Assembly (NCBI GenBank): GCA_964016885.1
Contig: OZ024740.1
Span: forward strand, 130,696,001 to 130,760,000
Source: Eledone cirrhosa
Lineage: Eukaryota
Reading direction: 5' to 3'
Length of the DNA: 64,000 nt
A model generated the notes under the pieces. The model saw only the letters and a program-made list of their open reading frames with translations. It was not told where the DNA came from and did no database searches. The translations under genes were made by a program, and so were the position numbers. Numbering within the stretch: position 1 is the first letter of the stretch; each line of letters begins with the position of its first letter. Shown in pieces: positions 38,782-52,823 of the stretch.

Positions 38782-39185
38782 TGAAATAAAATGAAAACGA
38801 AATTTCATTTCTCACTCTTAGTATGGCACTTACTTAAGTGCCATACTAAGAGTGAGAAATGAAATTTCGTTTTCATTTTATTTCAACTAATCGTTTTCGG
38901 TATGCCTGACCGATTTAACTCACTCAATATGCAAATTAGGCTGCTCAGCCGTTAATTTTCATAAGGAAAGTATATACTTTCGAACGTTCAACTATCTGGC
39001 AGATGGGTATACGGTGCTGATGATAGTTAACAAGCTTGAAACTAGTACATCGTTCCTGTGTTAGTGTTGAACAAAAAGGTGACGTGGTTGCCTTAACACC
39101 GTATGGCATATATTCAGGCTGTTCAGTTTGTTTACAAACGAACAAAGCGGCGTTATAATAAGCGTCCGCTAAACTGATACGTGCA
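38779..39185 (+). mobile_element. Monomeric hammerhead-bearing structured insert with a 54-bp inverted 5' arm (putative retrozyme family C)
   Basis: Perfect hairpin 38779-38832 / 38835-38888; hammerhead at 39012-39052; several internal hairpins; AT-rich simple repeats on both sides. Confidence 0.65.
39012..39052 (+). ncRNA. Minimal type I hammerhead ribozyme
   Basis: CGGUG-CUGAUGA-U-AGUU-AACA-AGCU-U-GAAAC-UA-GUA-CAUCG. Stem I CGGUG/CAUCG, stem II AGUU/AGCU, palindromic stem III ACUAGU. Confidence 0.82.
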
Positions 39186-39284
39186 TATATGTATGTGTAC
39201 CTGTATGTATATATGTGTATATATATATATATATATGCATGCTACTGTACGTCTGTATACATATATGTATGTACGTATACATAC

Positions 39285-39320
<36 letters not shown>

Positions 39321-39327
<7 letters not shown>

Positions 39328-39538
39328 ATTGAGGTTGGTAATGGCACATGGAATATATAAGAGACAGATTACTTTTTTGTGAAAAAACATAATTTTATAA
39401 GGTAAGGAAATAATAAAGGGTATAACAAATTTTTTATACCCTTTATTATTTCCTTACCTTATAAAATTATGTTTTTTCACAAAAAAGTATTCTGTCTCTT
39501 ATATATTCCATGTGCCATTACCAACCTCAATTTTCTCT
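39321..39538. repeat. Near-perfect palindrome, arms about 105 bp
   Basis: agagaaaattgaggttggtaatggcac...gggtataa / ttataccc...gtgccattaccaacctcaattttctct, with one visible mismatch. Confidence 0.92.
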
Positions 39539-39569
39539 ATAACCTTCGTTTTGTGTAGAAAATTACACT

Positions 39570-39659
<90 letters not shown>

Positions 39660-39742
39660 GTATCCTGGGTTCAATCAGGGGTGACCACAGTAAGTAAGGT
39701 ACTCAATACATAGCAGAGTATAAATAGTTAATATAGAAATGG

Positions 39743-39795
<53 letters not shown>

Positions 39796-39799
39796 CTGT

Positions 39800-39928
39800 A
39801 TGTAAGTGGGATACAGACCCCTCAGACTGTTTAGGAGGTCAGTAGCCCTGCCTCAGTATTGACTTAGTCTATGTAGACCCATCCAACCTTTGCTAACAGG
39901 GAACGTGGACATTAAATGATGATAATGT
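39800..39928 (+). mobile_element. 3' tail fragment of an RTE-related SINE or LINE
   Basis: gacccatccaacc...ggacattaaatgatgataatg resembles a common cephalopod retroposon tail ending in (GAT)n (recalled similarity only). Confidence 0.45.
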
Positions 39929-39984
39929 ATATATATATATATGCAGTGTATATATATATATATATATATACATATATATATGCA

Positions 39985-40222
<238 letters not shown>

Positions 40223-42558
40223 ATTTGGTTCCTTTTGTAACTCTTAAGATTTTGATTTCGGTGATATCTGAATACATTAATCATTTCCAGGAACATCTAT
40301 TTTATAGTGCTTATAATCCTCAAATTATGTATGTCTGTCTAGCCAGTTCATTATATTTTAACCACAAATGTTCAGTATTTTTCATTTTAAGAAATATTGT
40401 CGTTAACCACCATATATATTTCACGCGGATGACATTGCTAGTGGTCCTTGGCAGTAATACCAATATTTCATAAAGCTAACATATTTCAAGTTTATCAGCT
40501 CTCAATCTTAATATATTCGCTAGTCACTTTAACTAGATACAATTTACTTTATTTCTTGTCAACAATTTCACAACAAATCTTGTATTGTGTTATCACCCAT
40601 ATTGTGTCCCTGAGTAATTATCTCCAGACATCATGTTATGTTTTCTCAATGAGATGGGATCTTGGATTGTATATCAAAATAATGATTGCCTAATGAATTA
40701 GAATAACAGATTCACTGAACACACAGTGAAATATACAAAATGTGCCACCATACTTATCGATGCTAATATATATATCTTCAATGATTATTTTTATAATTTC
40801 AACAAATTAAAATTACAGATTGTATATTGTCATTGGACATTACAATGTAATTAGATATGTTATTGGGAACATTACAAGCGAGGTTTCCATAGGGAAAATA
40901 AATTTGGACATCAGAAGGAAAAACAATAATAACAAATTATGATAAGAAGTCCACAAATAGAATATAATACCGACGGATAACTAGGATATGTTCCCCTATA
41001 TTATGGGACCCACTATTAGGGTAATTACAGGGAGAACCAGGTATGAAGCCCAGATTAATATGTCACCACTCAAGCTTATTTTGTTCCTCCGTAGAACTGC
41101 AATTTCAAGGCTACATAGAATTTGTTTACAATTATTGCTCAAACTCTAGAATATCCATTTAAACGCCCAGAGCTGCGTTTAGAACACCTTCACTCATATG
41201 TAATCATCAATACAACCTCTATAAGTTTAAAACTCTATATGATTGAGAGTGAAGCCTAACATCCAAAAGACCGAGTAATATGTACTCCGAACAACACCCA
41301 AAACCGAAATGAGCATGGGTGAATGAGGCAAGTGTATAAAAAATCAATTGAAATGTATGAGCACGAGGTAATCTCGTTTTAATGGCTTAGGTGCTATGAA
41401 CTGAACCCGATTTATGTTACTCATCTCCCATAACAATTGGCGCGCAATTGGTTCATAGCATCGAATTCTCATTGACGGAGTTAAGTCGAAAGATGGAAAT
41501 AAAATGCAAAATTAGGTGCACTCAAATACGCCAGTTTCCTTACTTGCATCTAACCACAATATTCTCATAAAAATCTATCTCTCAGATAAAACTACATCCA
41601 TTTTCCGTTTAACGTATTCTCCAACGCCGTGACAAGAATTCGGATCGAGTCATATATGTCGGTTTACAAGTGCATGACTGACGTAAACCATAAACACGCT
41701 TGAGATTTAAACTCCAGGGAATGAAGAACAATCTTTAATTCCTTGCCAAATGTGGGTGATAGGAATATTTCTTTGAAGTGCACGGCCAACAACAAGATTC
41801 CCTGTGTATGCGATAAGATCTTTACGACAGAGCTTAGCGTTTCATTCAGCAGTAAACAAAAGCAGAAAAATAATCTATTAACTTGTTTCGTATGACGGAA
41901 TACTGAATATTAATTGGCTATACGAACCAATCCACTCCATACCAGGTTCAAAATATGTACATGAACGTATAACGAAAATTCAATGAAAACAATAGATCTG
42001 AAAATCAGAAGTACGGGTCCGTTCATCGGGGCATAGAACTTAATGCATCTAACGTGGAAACGATTAAACTTAAATCAATAAAAACATATAAATTGATATA
42101 ATAACTTATAGGTATGTAGCAAATAAGATAAATCTTGCAGCGACTAAGTTCGTTTGAACAGTTTGATTGCTTCTTTCACGAGTATAAATTAATATGCAAC
42201 ACAGTGAATAGAAATAAAAACGCATAACGCCATGCATCTGATATTCATTCTCAACAGTAATTGAAGCTGACTGGTAGATATATATAGAAAATAAATCTTC
42301 AGTGCACTCAAAATGATAAAGAAGTATGTAGGTAAAGAGTGAAGAAAATATACAATGGGAGTTTGCCACAACACGCCTGCATGGAAATAAAATTTGTAAA
42401 TAATAGGCTCTGGATAAATATAAAGTATTGATTGAATATATACACATTTTAAAAATATTCGCTGGTCTTGATTCTATGATATTTATATTTATATGATTGC
42501 TATTTACAATCATTACCACTAGAAAAAACAAAGTAAAACTACGATTACATTGACACCA

Positions 42559-42593
<35 letters not shown>

Positions 42594-43925
42594 GGGGGGG
42601 GGGGATGTATGTGCGGGTGTGTGTGTATGTGTGCGAGTATGTGTGTGCCTGGGTGTGTGAGTGTACGTGTGCGCGTGCTCCTGTGTGTGTAGTAGAGAAT
42701 CAGGGTCTGATAGCTATATAAGACATCAACTAGCTTCCAGGGAATGAATCACTTCTCTATTTAGCTTTCTTATTCTGAAATATTCCAGAAGTGTAAATGC
42801 CGCCACGATAATGGAAATTCTTGAAATCACGTGGTTACACAATATTTGCTACATTCACCGGGGTAAACAGTTGACATTCCTTGAAATACCACATGTTATT
42901 TGAAACAGAATATACAGCTATATGTGATAGCATGAAATATTTACGAATTGTTAGTTCTAGATAAGCGCAATGAGAAATAATATAAATGTGTAATGGTTCT
43001 GAAAATTGCATTATTTTAAATCATTACACGAGATTTCTGAAGACCTGAGATGGAGAGCAACTGAATAACTTGGAGCAGCAATCCATCACATAAAATTGGT
43101 ATTCGTCATCTTAAAGAAAACAGATGTGAACACTTGTATATGACATTATGTTCATAAATAAAAAATATTCAAAAACAAACAAAATGCGTGTATCTCCATA
43201 TCTACTTTGATAGAAATAGCCAAATGGAAGCGATAAATGTAAAAGCAAAATAGTATTACGAAATCAAACGCTTCCAGAAAAAAAGAATTTGGGAAAATAC
43301 CAAACTCTTTATTCTCATTGACTACAAAATGAATATAATAGTTTGCATATAAACCGTTGGTGTGAAACCTACCATTGCATCTTTGAAATAAAATTCATTG
43401 ACCATAATCCCCCGTATAGAAACCTATACAAAAGCATATGAATAAACACACCTAAGAATTGATATTAATTTTAGAAATTAATTTAAATTCCATAATAAAC
43501 AAACAGATGACAGCTAATCAAAAAGGAGTGAAAGCCATTTTAAGTCTCCTAAAGACATAAAGACCCTATAAATCATAAAAAGTGTAAACCCTAAATCTAC
43601 TCGAATATTCATAGACATAGAGCATAAATAACTGGAATATCTGTGCAAAGTAATTATTTTTTAACAAAACCACAATATGATATACAACGAAGTAAAGGAT
43701 ACGATTTACTGTGATATGAGGTAGATAAATGTTCGTACGCGGAGTAATTAACATGTAAATTGATAGATAATGAAAAAGGCACACAGCCATGGGAAAATGA
43801 AATGAATGCATATTAAATCTGTATTAATAAGTGCAATTGAATCGGCAAAATATCAAAGATATGTAGATTCACACACACATACACTCACACACACGCACAC
43901 ACAAACACCCACACACACACACACC

Positions 43926-44062
<137 letters not shown>

Positions 44063-45193
44063 ACATTATATATATATATATGTGCGTGTGTGTACATATA
44101 TATATATACATATACACACAAACATATGGTCTGGCAACACACATTGGCTTAGATATCATCAATTCAAAGTTAATTAGGGAAACAATGAAATATAATATAT
44201 CATATCAGAAAAAACAAATACAATAGCAAAATATAGTTATGTTCGAATAAAAAAGTAGTAAATTATTAGAAATTATCAACCAGAATGCGAGGAAAATATC
44301 ACATAAACATTGAAAATAATCTACAAATAATTACAAACATGAGGAAAAGCAAATGGAGTGATCTAACTAGTCTCAGTCATATGAGGTGTTAAACAACTGG
44401 ACAAAAAAGTTTTGACTTTAAATCAAATTATTAACACGAAAGGGTCATAATATGCCGGCCTATGTATATTTGTAAAACCAAAAGAAGTTCAGATGAATAG
44501 GGAATCTTACTTTGGTAAGATATTAAGTAATTTCTCACTTTGCAATATGCGAGAAAGCTGAGTTAATTGTTTCGGTAGTGCTTACAGAAAGAGCACCAGT
44601 ATGTACTGCAAACAGTACATGAAATACTTTTATTAGAGTAAGCTTAAATCGGAAACAAAATACTAAATACGCAGATATCTGAACATCATGTTATGATTAA
44701 AGAAAACAAAAATAAACAATTATGTCAAATATACGGTGACGGTTGGCCGATTGCCTGTATGCCTTGCTTTTGTGTTTAAAAAGTATCCGTAAATACGTAT
44801 ATTAGAGAATGAGCTACAGAAGGCATAAAAGCACTCAAAAAACCGCAAACATCATTAGCCATAGGGATATTATTACTGACGAATAAGCCATCGTATGGAA
44901 TGAAATGGTGAATCCATTAATCCGAAATGTATTGGAAGATATCTTCACTCAAATTAACACATTTATCAAAGATCTATCCATTTATATACGTCCATACATT
45001 CTGCAACAGATATCACACAAATAATGTGTTGACGATTTGGGGCGGAAACTCGAATGAAAGTATCTAAAATGATATTGAATCATTCTATGTGACAATGACA
45101 ACGAGAAAAATATATGCAGATACTACATATAACTTCAGAATTTATCAACAGAGAGAGATACTATTGACATGTAAAAAAAAGATGTTTGATTTT

Positions 45194-45314
<121 letters not shown>

Positions 45315-45416
45315 TATTTATGTCTTTCTACATCGTATTCACTTTATCTTACATGTTTTCTCATTTACTGATTGTAACTCTATATATGCATTTATAAACA
45401 CGCACACACACACTCA

Positions 45417-45525
<109 letters not shown>

Positions 45526-46368
45526 TGTGTGTTTGCATATGTATGTGGGGATGAGTATTTGTGTACGTGTATATAGATTTTTTTGTTGTTGTGTGACTCC
45601 GTTTGTCTATGCATTTTGCATATAAAAGCTGTATGTGATGTGTGCAATATTTAATTGAATTTGATATTTTTTGTGTTAAAGATAAACAGGATAAATATAA
45701 ATCGGGAAAAAAAAAACGAAACTGATTCAAACTAAGCTGCTTATATTTCTGGGATTCTATTGATGTTCTATTGAAGTTATTGTATATATACTTATATGTG
45801 AATTATTTTATTCCTTGAATTCTATTGAATTTAATGAATATGTCGTAAAATTACTGATAAAACGTTATAACTAGACTTGAAGTTTCTCTTATCATAATCT
45901 GCAGTTCAAAAATGTTGGCCAATCTTGTCAGTTTTTATCCAAGATAACCGAAGTTGCAAGATATTAAATGGGCCTACCTGTTTTGGAATCCAGTTATATT
46001 GTCCTCAGTTAGACAATAAATACGGATTATTGATTACTTAAATCATCATCATAGTAAACGTTGTTTTCTCCAACGTTATATGTATGGACCTTTTTGACAA
46101 CAACAGCAGAATCAGTAGCCCCATGACAAGAAAAAAACAAAATCCACTACCACCGTTGTCTCTGATCACCACCGCTACTATTGGTATCATCATCAGCATC
46201 AAAACACTAATCTTCATCATCACCAACGCTCTCTTCATTAGTATCGTAAAAAAAGATGCAAACTGTTGAATGAAAAAACATGATCGTAAACATATCATAA
46301 TTGTAATCTTCCAAGTAGCAAAACTAATTGGTAAATTTGAGTAATGCCATAATTATAGCAGTCCCTTC

Positions 46369-46427
<59 letters not shown>

Positions 46428-46430
<3 letters not shown>

Positions 46431-48150
46431 TATAGACATAGAATATTCGAAAATATTCTGTATGTTTATAATAAACATTTTGAAGACCTAATCGCTATAG
46501 AATAGAATACGTCACGTATTACAATTAGATTCTCGATAAAAGCAAGGGAAGTAATCTACGCGTTTCATTCTTGTTAGAAATCATCAGGACTACATATCCA
46601 GTGCTTTTATCGAGAATGACACAGCTAGAGACTTATAGAATACTTAGCTGTGTACAGGAACTGGTTTGAAAGAGCGGTTGCCGGTCCGGCACAAATTAGA
46701 AATTGGAATAAATGCTCTGAAATAGCGATATATATGTGAATATAGACATAGAATATTCGAAAATATTCTGTATGTTTATAATAAACCTAATCGCTATAGA
46801 ATAGAATACGTCACGTATTACAATTAGATTCTCGATAAAAGCAAGGGAAGTAATCTACGCGTTTCATTCTTGTTAGAAATCATCAGGACTACATATCCAG
46901 TGCTTTTATCGAGAATGACACAGCTAGAGACTTATAGAATACTTAGCTGTGTACAGGAACTGGTTTGAAAGAGCGGTTGCCGGTCCGGCAGAAATTAGAA
47001 ATTGGAATAAATGCTCTGAAATAGCGATATATATGTGAATATAGACATAGAATATTCGAAAATATTCTGTATGTTTATAATAAACATTTTGAAGACCTAA
47101 TCGCTATAGAATAGAATACGTCACGTATTACAATTAGATTCTCGATAAAAGCAAGGGAAGTAATCTACGCGTTTCATTCTTGTTAGAAATCATCAGGACT
47201 ACATATCCAGCGCTTTTATCGAGAATGACACAGCTAGAGACTTATAGAATACTTAGCTGTGTACAGGAACTGGTTTGAAAGAGCGGTTGCCGGTCCGGCA
47301 GAAATTAGAAATTGGAATAAATGCTCTGAAATAGCGATATATATGTGAATATAGACATAGAATATTCGAAAATATTCTGCTTTTATCGAGAATCTAATTG
47401 TAATACGTGACGTATTCTATTCTATAGCGATTAGGTCTTCAAAATGTTTATTATAAACATACAGAATATTTTCGAATATTCTATGTCTATATTCACATAT
47501 ATATCGCTATTTCAGAGCATTTATTCCAATTTCTAATTTCTGCCGGACCGGCAACCGCTCTTTCAAACCAGTTCCTGTACACAGCTAAGTATTCTATAAG
47601 TCTCTAGCTGTGTCATTCTCGATAAAAGCACTGGATATGTAGTCCTGATGATTTCTAACAAGAATGAAACGCGTAGATTACTTCCCTTGCTTTTATCGAG
47701 AATCTAATTGTAATACGTGACGTATTCTATTCTATAGCGATTAGGTCTTCAAAATGTTTATTATAAACATACAGAATATTTTCGAATATTCTATGTCTAT
47801 ATTCACATATATATCGCTATTTCAGAGCATTTATTCCAATTTCTAATTTCTGCCGGACCGGCAACCGCTCTTTCAAACCAGTTCCTGTACACAGCTAAGT
47901 ATTCTATAAGTCTCTAGCTGTGTCATTCTCGATAAAAGCACTGGATATGTAGTCCTGATGATTTCTAACAAGAATGAAACGCGTAGATTACTTCCCTTGC
48001 TTTTATCGAGAATCTAATTGTAATACGTGACGTATTCTATTCTATAGCGATTAGGTCTTCAAAATGTTTATTATAAACATACAGAATATTTTCGAATATT
48101 CTATGCTAATATTCACATATATATCGCTATTTCAGAGCATTTATTCCAAT
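46428..48150. mobile_element. Hammerhead-bearing tandem array, 310-bp unit, inverted near 47378 (putative non-LTR retrozyme family B)
   Basis: Marker gaatatagacatag at 46428, 46738, 47037 (preceding unit has an 11-bp deletion) and 47347; reverse-complement units start at 47378, 47688 and 47998. Units are nearly identical; five hammerheads; (AT)n at both ends. Confidence 0.9.
47639..47681 (+). ncRNA. Minimal type I hammerhead ribozyme (also 47949-47991 plus; 46551-46593, 46850-46892 and 47160-47202 minus)
   Basis: GUAGUC-CUGAUGA-U-UUCU-AACA-AGAA-U-GAAAC-GC-GUA-GAUUAC. Palindromic stem III ACGCGU. Stem I is extended past an internal loop by a 16-bp helix AUUCUCGAUAAAAGCA/UGCUUUUAUCGAGAAU. Confidence 0.92.
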
Positions 48151-48167
48151 ATATATATATATATATA

Positions 48168-50352
48168 GAAGTAGTTACACAACAGTTAGTTCACCATACC
48201 GAGAACAATTGTTTCACCTTCGCGGATCTTCAGCTCGGGATGTGTATGGCTATAGGAACAGGAAGGACAACCGTACGAACGGACAAGCGCAGAAACTCGG
48301 TCACTTCACACAGGCAATACTAGACTGCGTGCGGGGGGTGTAAGGGAGATAACTTCGAAAGTCCGGAAAGTTTTTGGGTTGAAAATAGAATAAAAAAATA
48401 AAAAAAATTACAAAGAATCGGTCCGGAGCCTTGTAGTTATACAATAGAGGTTTGGTGACGTGTGGACAACGTGTGAACAATTCACTTCTCGTGTTCAGAC
48501 AATCACTATTGGGTAACTCGTTAGGATAGTTATTCGTTCGTCAATACATAAGCCACACGTCGGATTTCCCCTTGCGTATGGCTTGGACTTAGTGATGGCT
48601 TTCCATTGAATGGAGTACCCTATACTTGAGTCCTTGAGAGACCATACGTGGATCGCGAGTTTCGTGGATGAACGTCTGTCCGGGTATCTGAAGGTAGACT
48701 GGTGGTTCAGGAAACGCTCCTTGAATCGGCCCTCCGCCATGCCCACATAGAATTTGACCTTCTGGGTTCGTTTGGTCGGTTGGAAGTGACCACAGCTTCA
48801 TAGATTACAGCTGGTGTGTTGCATTGTTGTTGAAAGGGGAAATATTCAGGCTTACGGCAAGAGCACCCTGGTGGGGTGTTGCTCCTAGGGCTGGTGGTGA
48901 TGTGGGCCTTCATGTTCTTAGCGCAAGAGTATCCTAGTTCAAGTTTGTGTCGGTTAAAGATGGAGCGGTATTTATGACCTATGGAGAAGTGTCTATCTAG
49001 AGGGCTAGCATTTTTTTCCTACATTGGTTTTAACGTTGAGTGAGAAGGGTGGAGAGAACCAGATAGTTTGTCTATTGATGCGCTTACTTTTCTTAATGGT
49101 GTCGTTGCTAGTGGGAGAGAATGTGATAGGTTGTGAGAAGCCGCTGTTAGCCAACGTCGTGTTATAGTAGGGTGCCGCCCTGTCAAAGATAGCCTTATTA
49201 GAGGAGAGGTTTGAGAGTCTAGTACTGATATTCTTAACGAAGTTTCTAAAAACAGTGGGAGGGTGGCATGAGTCCTTGTGGATGTAATTAAGTTTCTCGT
49301 TTAGCTTATGGAAGGGTCTGTGGATGTGTGTGCGAAGGTCTAAATTAATGTCTAAGAAATATACGCTAAAGAGGTTGATGGCTACTGTTATCCTAAGGCC
49401 GAACTCATTGAAGGTAGAAGCTAAGTCTTTTTTTAAACCGGTCGAGGTCGTGACACTTTTATGGCTCGATAAAGTCAGTCCATCCTCACGGTATATTCCC
49501 GTGTGGGCTTTTATTCTTAGACATATTACGTGTTAGATTCCCGGACTTCCACACGAGAATATACCGTGACGATGGACTGATTGTATCGAGCAATAAAACT
49601 GGTCACGATTTCGACCGGTTTAAAAAAGACTTAGCTTCTACCTTCAATGAGTTAGGCCTTAGGATAACAGTAGCCACCAACCCCTCTAGCGTAGATTTCT
49701 TAGACATTAATTTAGACCTTCGCACACACACCCACAGACCCTTCCATAAGCTAAACGAGAAACTTAATTACATTCACAAGGACTCATACCACCCTCCCAC
49801 TGTTTTTAGAAACTTCGTTAAGAATATCAGTACTAGAATCTCAAACCTCTCCTCTAATAAGGCTATCAGAAACTTGCCAGCCACGCATGGTCCCTCAAGG
49901 ACTCAAATATTGGGTACTCAATTCAATGGAAACCATCATTAAGTCCAAGCCATACGCAAGGGGAAATCCGACGTGTGGCTTATGTATTGACGAACGAATA
50001 ACTATCCTAAAGAGATTACCCAATAGTGATTGCCTAAACATGAGGAGTGAATTTTTCACACGTTGTCCACACGTCACCAAACATCTATTGCATAACTACA
50101 AGGTTCCGTACTGATTCTTTGTAATTTTATTCTAAATTTTTTAATTTTATTTTCAACCAAACAACTTTCCGGACTTTCGCAGTTATCTCCCTTATATCCC
50201 CCGCACGCAGTCTAGTATTTCCTGTGTAAAGTGACCGAGTTTCTGCGCATGTGCCTTCCTACGGTTGGCCTTCCTGTTCCTATAACCATACACATCCCGA
50301 GCTGAAGATCCGCGAAGGGGAAACAATTGTTCTAGGTATGGTGAAACTAACT
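48168..50352. mobile_element. Nematis-like PLE, 5'-truncated, head-to-head inverted pair (minus arm 48168-49530; plus arm 49535-50352 with an internal deletion near 49868)
   Basis: YREDG/YRDDG RT motif, DFLDI, CSCRKPE...C...VIYEAVV, GMAEGRFKERFLNH...TKLAIHVWSLK...CGLCIDE (GIY-YIG). Hammerhead near each outer end; (AT)n flanks. Confidence 0.9.
48199..48238 (-). ncRNA. Minimal hammerhead ribozyme of the PLE 3' end (mirror copy 50297-50336, plus strand)
   Basis: CCGAG-CUGAAGA-UCC-GCGAA-GGU-GAAAC-AAUU-GUU-CUCGG. Stem I CCGAG/CUCGG, palindromic stem III ACAAUUGU. Confidence 0.8.
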
Positions 50353-50458
50353 CATCCCTTGGTCTGAGTGCTCTACCACACCTTCCAGTGTTCCACCACT
50401 ATATATATATATCTACATATATATATATATATATACACATATATATATATATATATAC

Positions 50459-50698
<240 letters not shown>

Positions 50699-51345
50699 GC
50701 TCGTCAAAATTCGCCGGTTCTTATGTTCGCAATGAATTATTGACTTTACGTTGCATCACCATTCGTGTCTGTTTACATGTCTTTCTCTTTCTCCACCCAA
50801 CTTTTGTTATCCCAATAACTTATTTTAGTTATTGTATCGCCCTAGCTGGAGGTATATTGTCTGTAATGCGAATAAATACCTATAGTGGCTAGTAGGCAAC
50901 TGATGACTGATATTCCTAACTTCTATTTCTAATTCTTCATTTATTATACTTAAATGCAACAACACAGCTCGCCATGTTTGACTCATATATATATATTCAA
51001 CATAGAAATGTGTGGCTCTAACGCGGGTTGAATCGTTTTTAACCACAGTAATTAAGGTACTCAATGGATAGCAGAGTATAAATACGTAATATAGAAACAC
51101 CATCTACAGGACTAGAACAATTTCATACGATGGAAATCATCAGGAAAGTTTTCAGGGATTCCCTGATGATTTCCTTAGAATAATGATTTCCTTTAATAAT
51201 CATCACTTAAGGGCGGTTAAGACTTAATAATCATCACTTGAGGGTGGTTCACCGGGCTAGTAGCTGCTAAATGATCGGTCGCCCTCATGTCTCTGACTTT
51301 CAGAACCATGGATTTTGTCTATTATATTCCTTTGTTATATTTCGA

Positions 51346-51403
51346 ATATCTGATGATGTCACCAGATTCATACTGAACCCGGTCATTGAAATGATCATAG
51401 TAT
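51346..51403 (+). ncRNA. Hammerhead ribozyme, decayed stem II
   Basis: AUAU-CUGAUGA-...UUCA-UAC-UGAA...-GAA-AUGAUCAU-A-GUAU; palindromic stem III AUGAUCAU. Confidence 0.55.
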
Positions 51404-51824
51404 AATAATCCTTTTAAGGAATTACACCAGTCCAGCCTCCTGTTATTTTATAAGAATTAACTCCGTGCTCGCACCACCTACAACACAAACGAGACGGGTG
51501 CTCTCCACTATCTTACATCGAGGTTGACCATACGGAATGACCAGTTCTATCCAGTGGTGAACCAATAAACCTATATAATTAATATATATATGTATATTTC
51601 CAAAATGAATTTAATTAAACTAAATTATGGGAGTCATGTCCGAGACATGCGCCATATCCACCGTAGAGCAAGCTCAAAGATTCCAATGAATAGATCCGAG
51701 CATTATATATATATATATATATCGATCTCTATCTATTCATGATGTACGTATGTATGTTTGTATATAGGTATATATGATAACAAGCAATATATAAGATTTT
51801 GATACGCGTATCTACGAATGTATC

Positions 51825-51909
<85 letters not shown>

Positions 51910-52750
51910 CACGTACAAGAGGAATTTTTTCATTAAGAGACTGTTTTAATAATTATTTTATTATTAGTTGTATGTACCTACACTTAGGAAATTTCAGTAG
52001 AGACATTCCTTTATTGGCTGGGTCTTTGTGTAGTAACATATAAGACGTTAGTATATTCGACAGGACAGAAATCATTTTTGTATGATTGACACATAAATAA
52101 AAATATAAAATGACATTAGCTAACCCTACGAAAATCGATCCGATAGATGCGGATTGCCAATACTGAAAATACACGAAATATTTCTGAATTAGAATTCCCT
52201 TTATGAATAAATCAATTCTAAATATAAGATATTTTGCAATATTTCCCTGTTATTTTTTTTTTTTGAAAAGTGTACTACGCGCTAATATTTTGAAAACACG
52301 CAACTGTCTCTGAGATGGTCAGCCTCGCCTTCGGACGAGGCCACGTGAATTACTTTTAGCAAAGCTATCACTAACACATTTTTATCCAAGTACAGTTACT
52401 ATTTCCATATATCTACCTCCTAAATGTTTCACCGGAATCTCTGGCGCATAATGGGAAACAAACATTCATAATTTTGCGGCTGCGAAACTTTGCACACCAG
52501 ATATATTATATAGATTCACAAACTCGTAAAATCATGAAAGCTATGTAGAGCAATATATAAATATTACAACAGATAAGAAATTAAAAATATGAAATAAAAA
52601 TTGTAATTAATCACAATTGACAAAAATATATCATGTTATTCCACGATCCTCGTAATGTAGCCACAAGCAATTTCTGAGACTTAAGATGTAAGGGATACCG
52701 ATAGAATTTACGCATTAATACAATGCAATAACGTGGTCTGATCTGGCATG

Positions 52751-52823
<73 letters not shown>

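Noticed and set aside
44865-44923. CUGACGA...GAAA-UGG-UGAAU-CCA-UU hammerhead-like string
   Set aside because: Stem II is offset from the core by about five unpaired bases and stem I is out of register; plausible chance match in AT-rich DNA.
46428-48150. Regularly spaced repeats as a possible CRISPR array (also 19990-22900 and 36531-37975)
   Set aside because: Whole units repeat with no unique spacers, there are no cas genes, and the context is eukaryotic.
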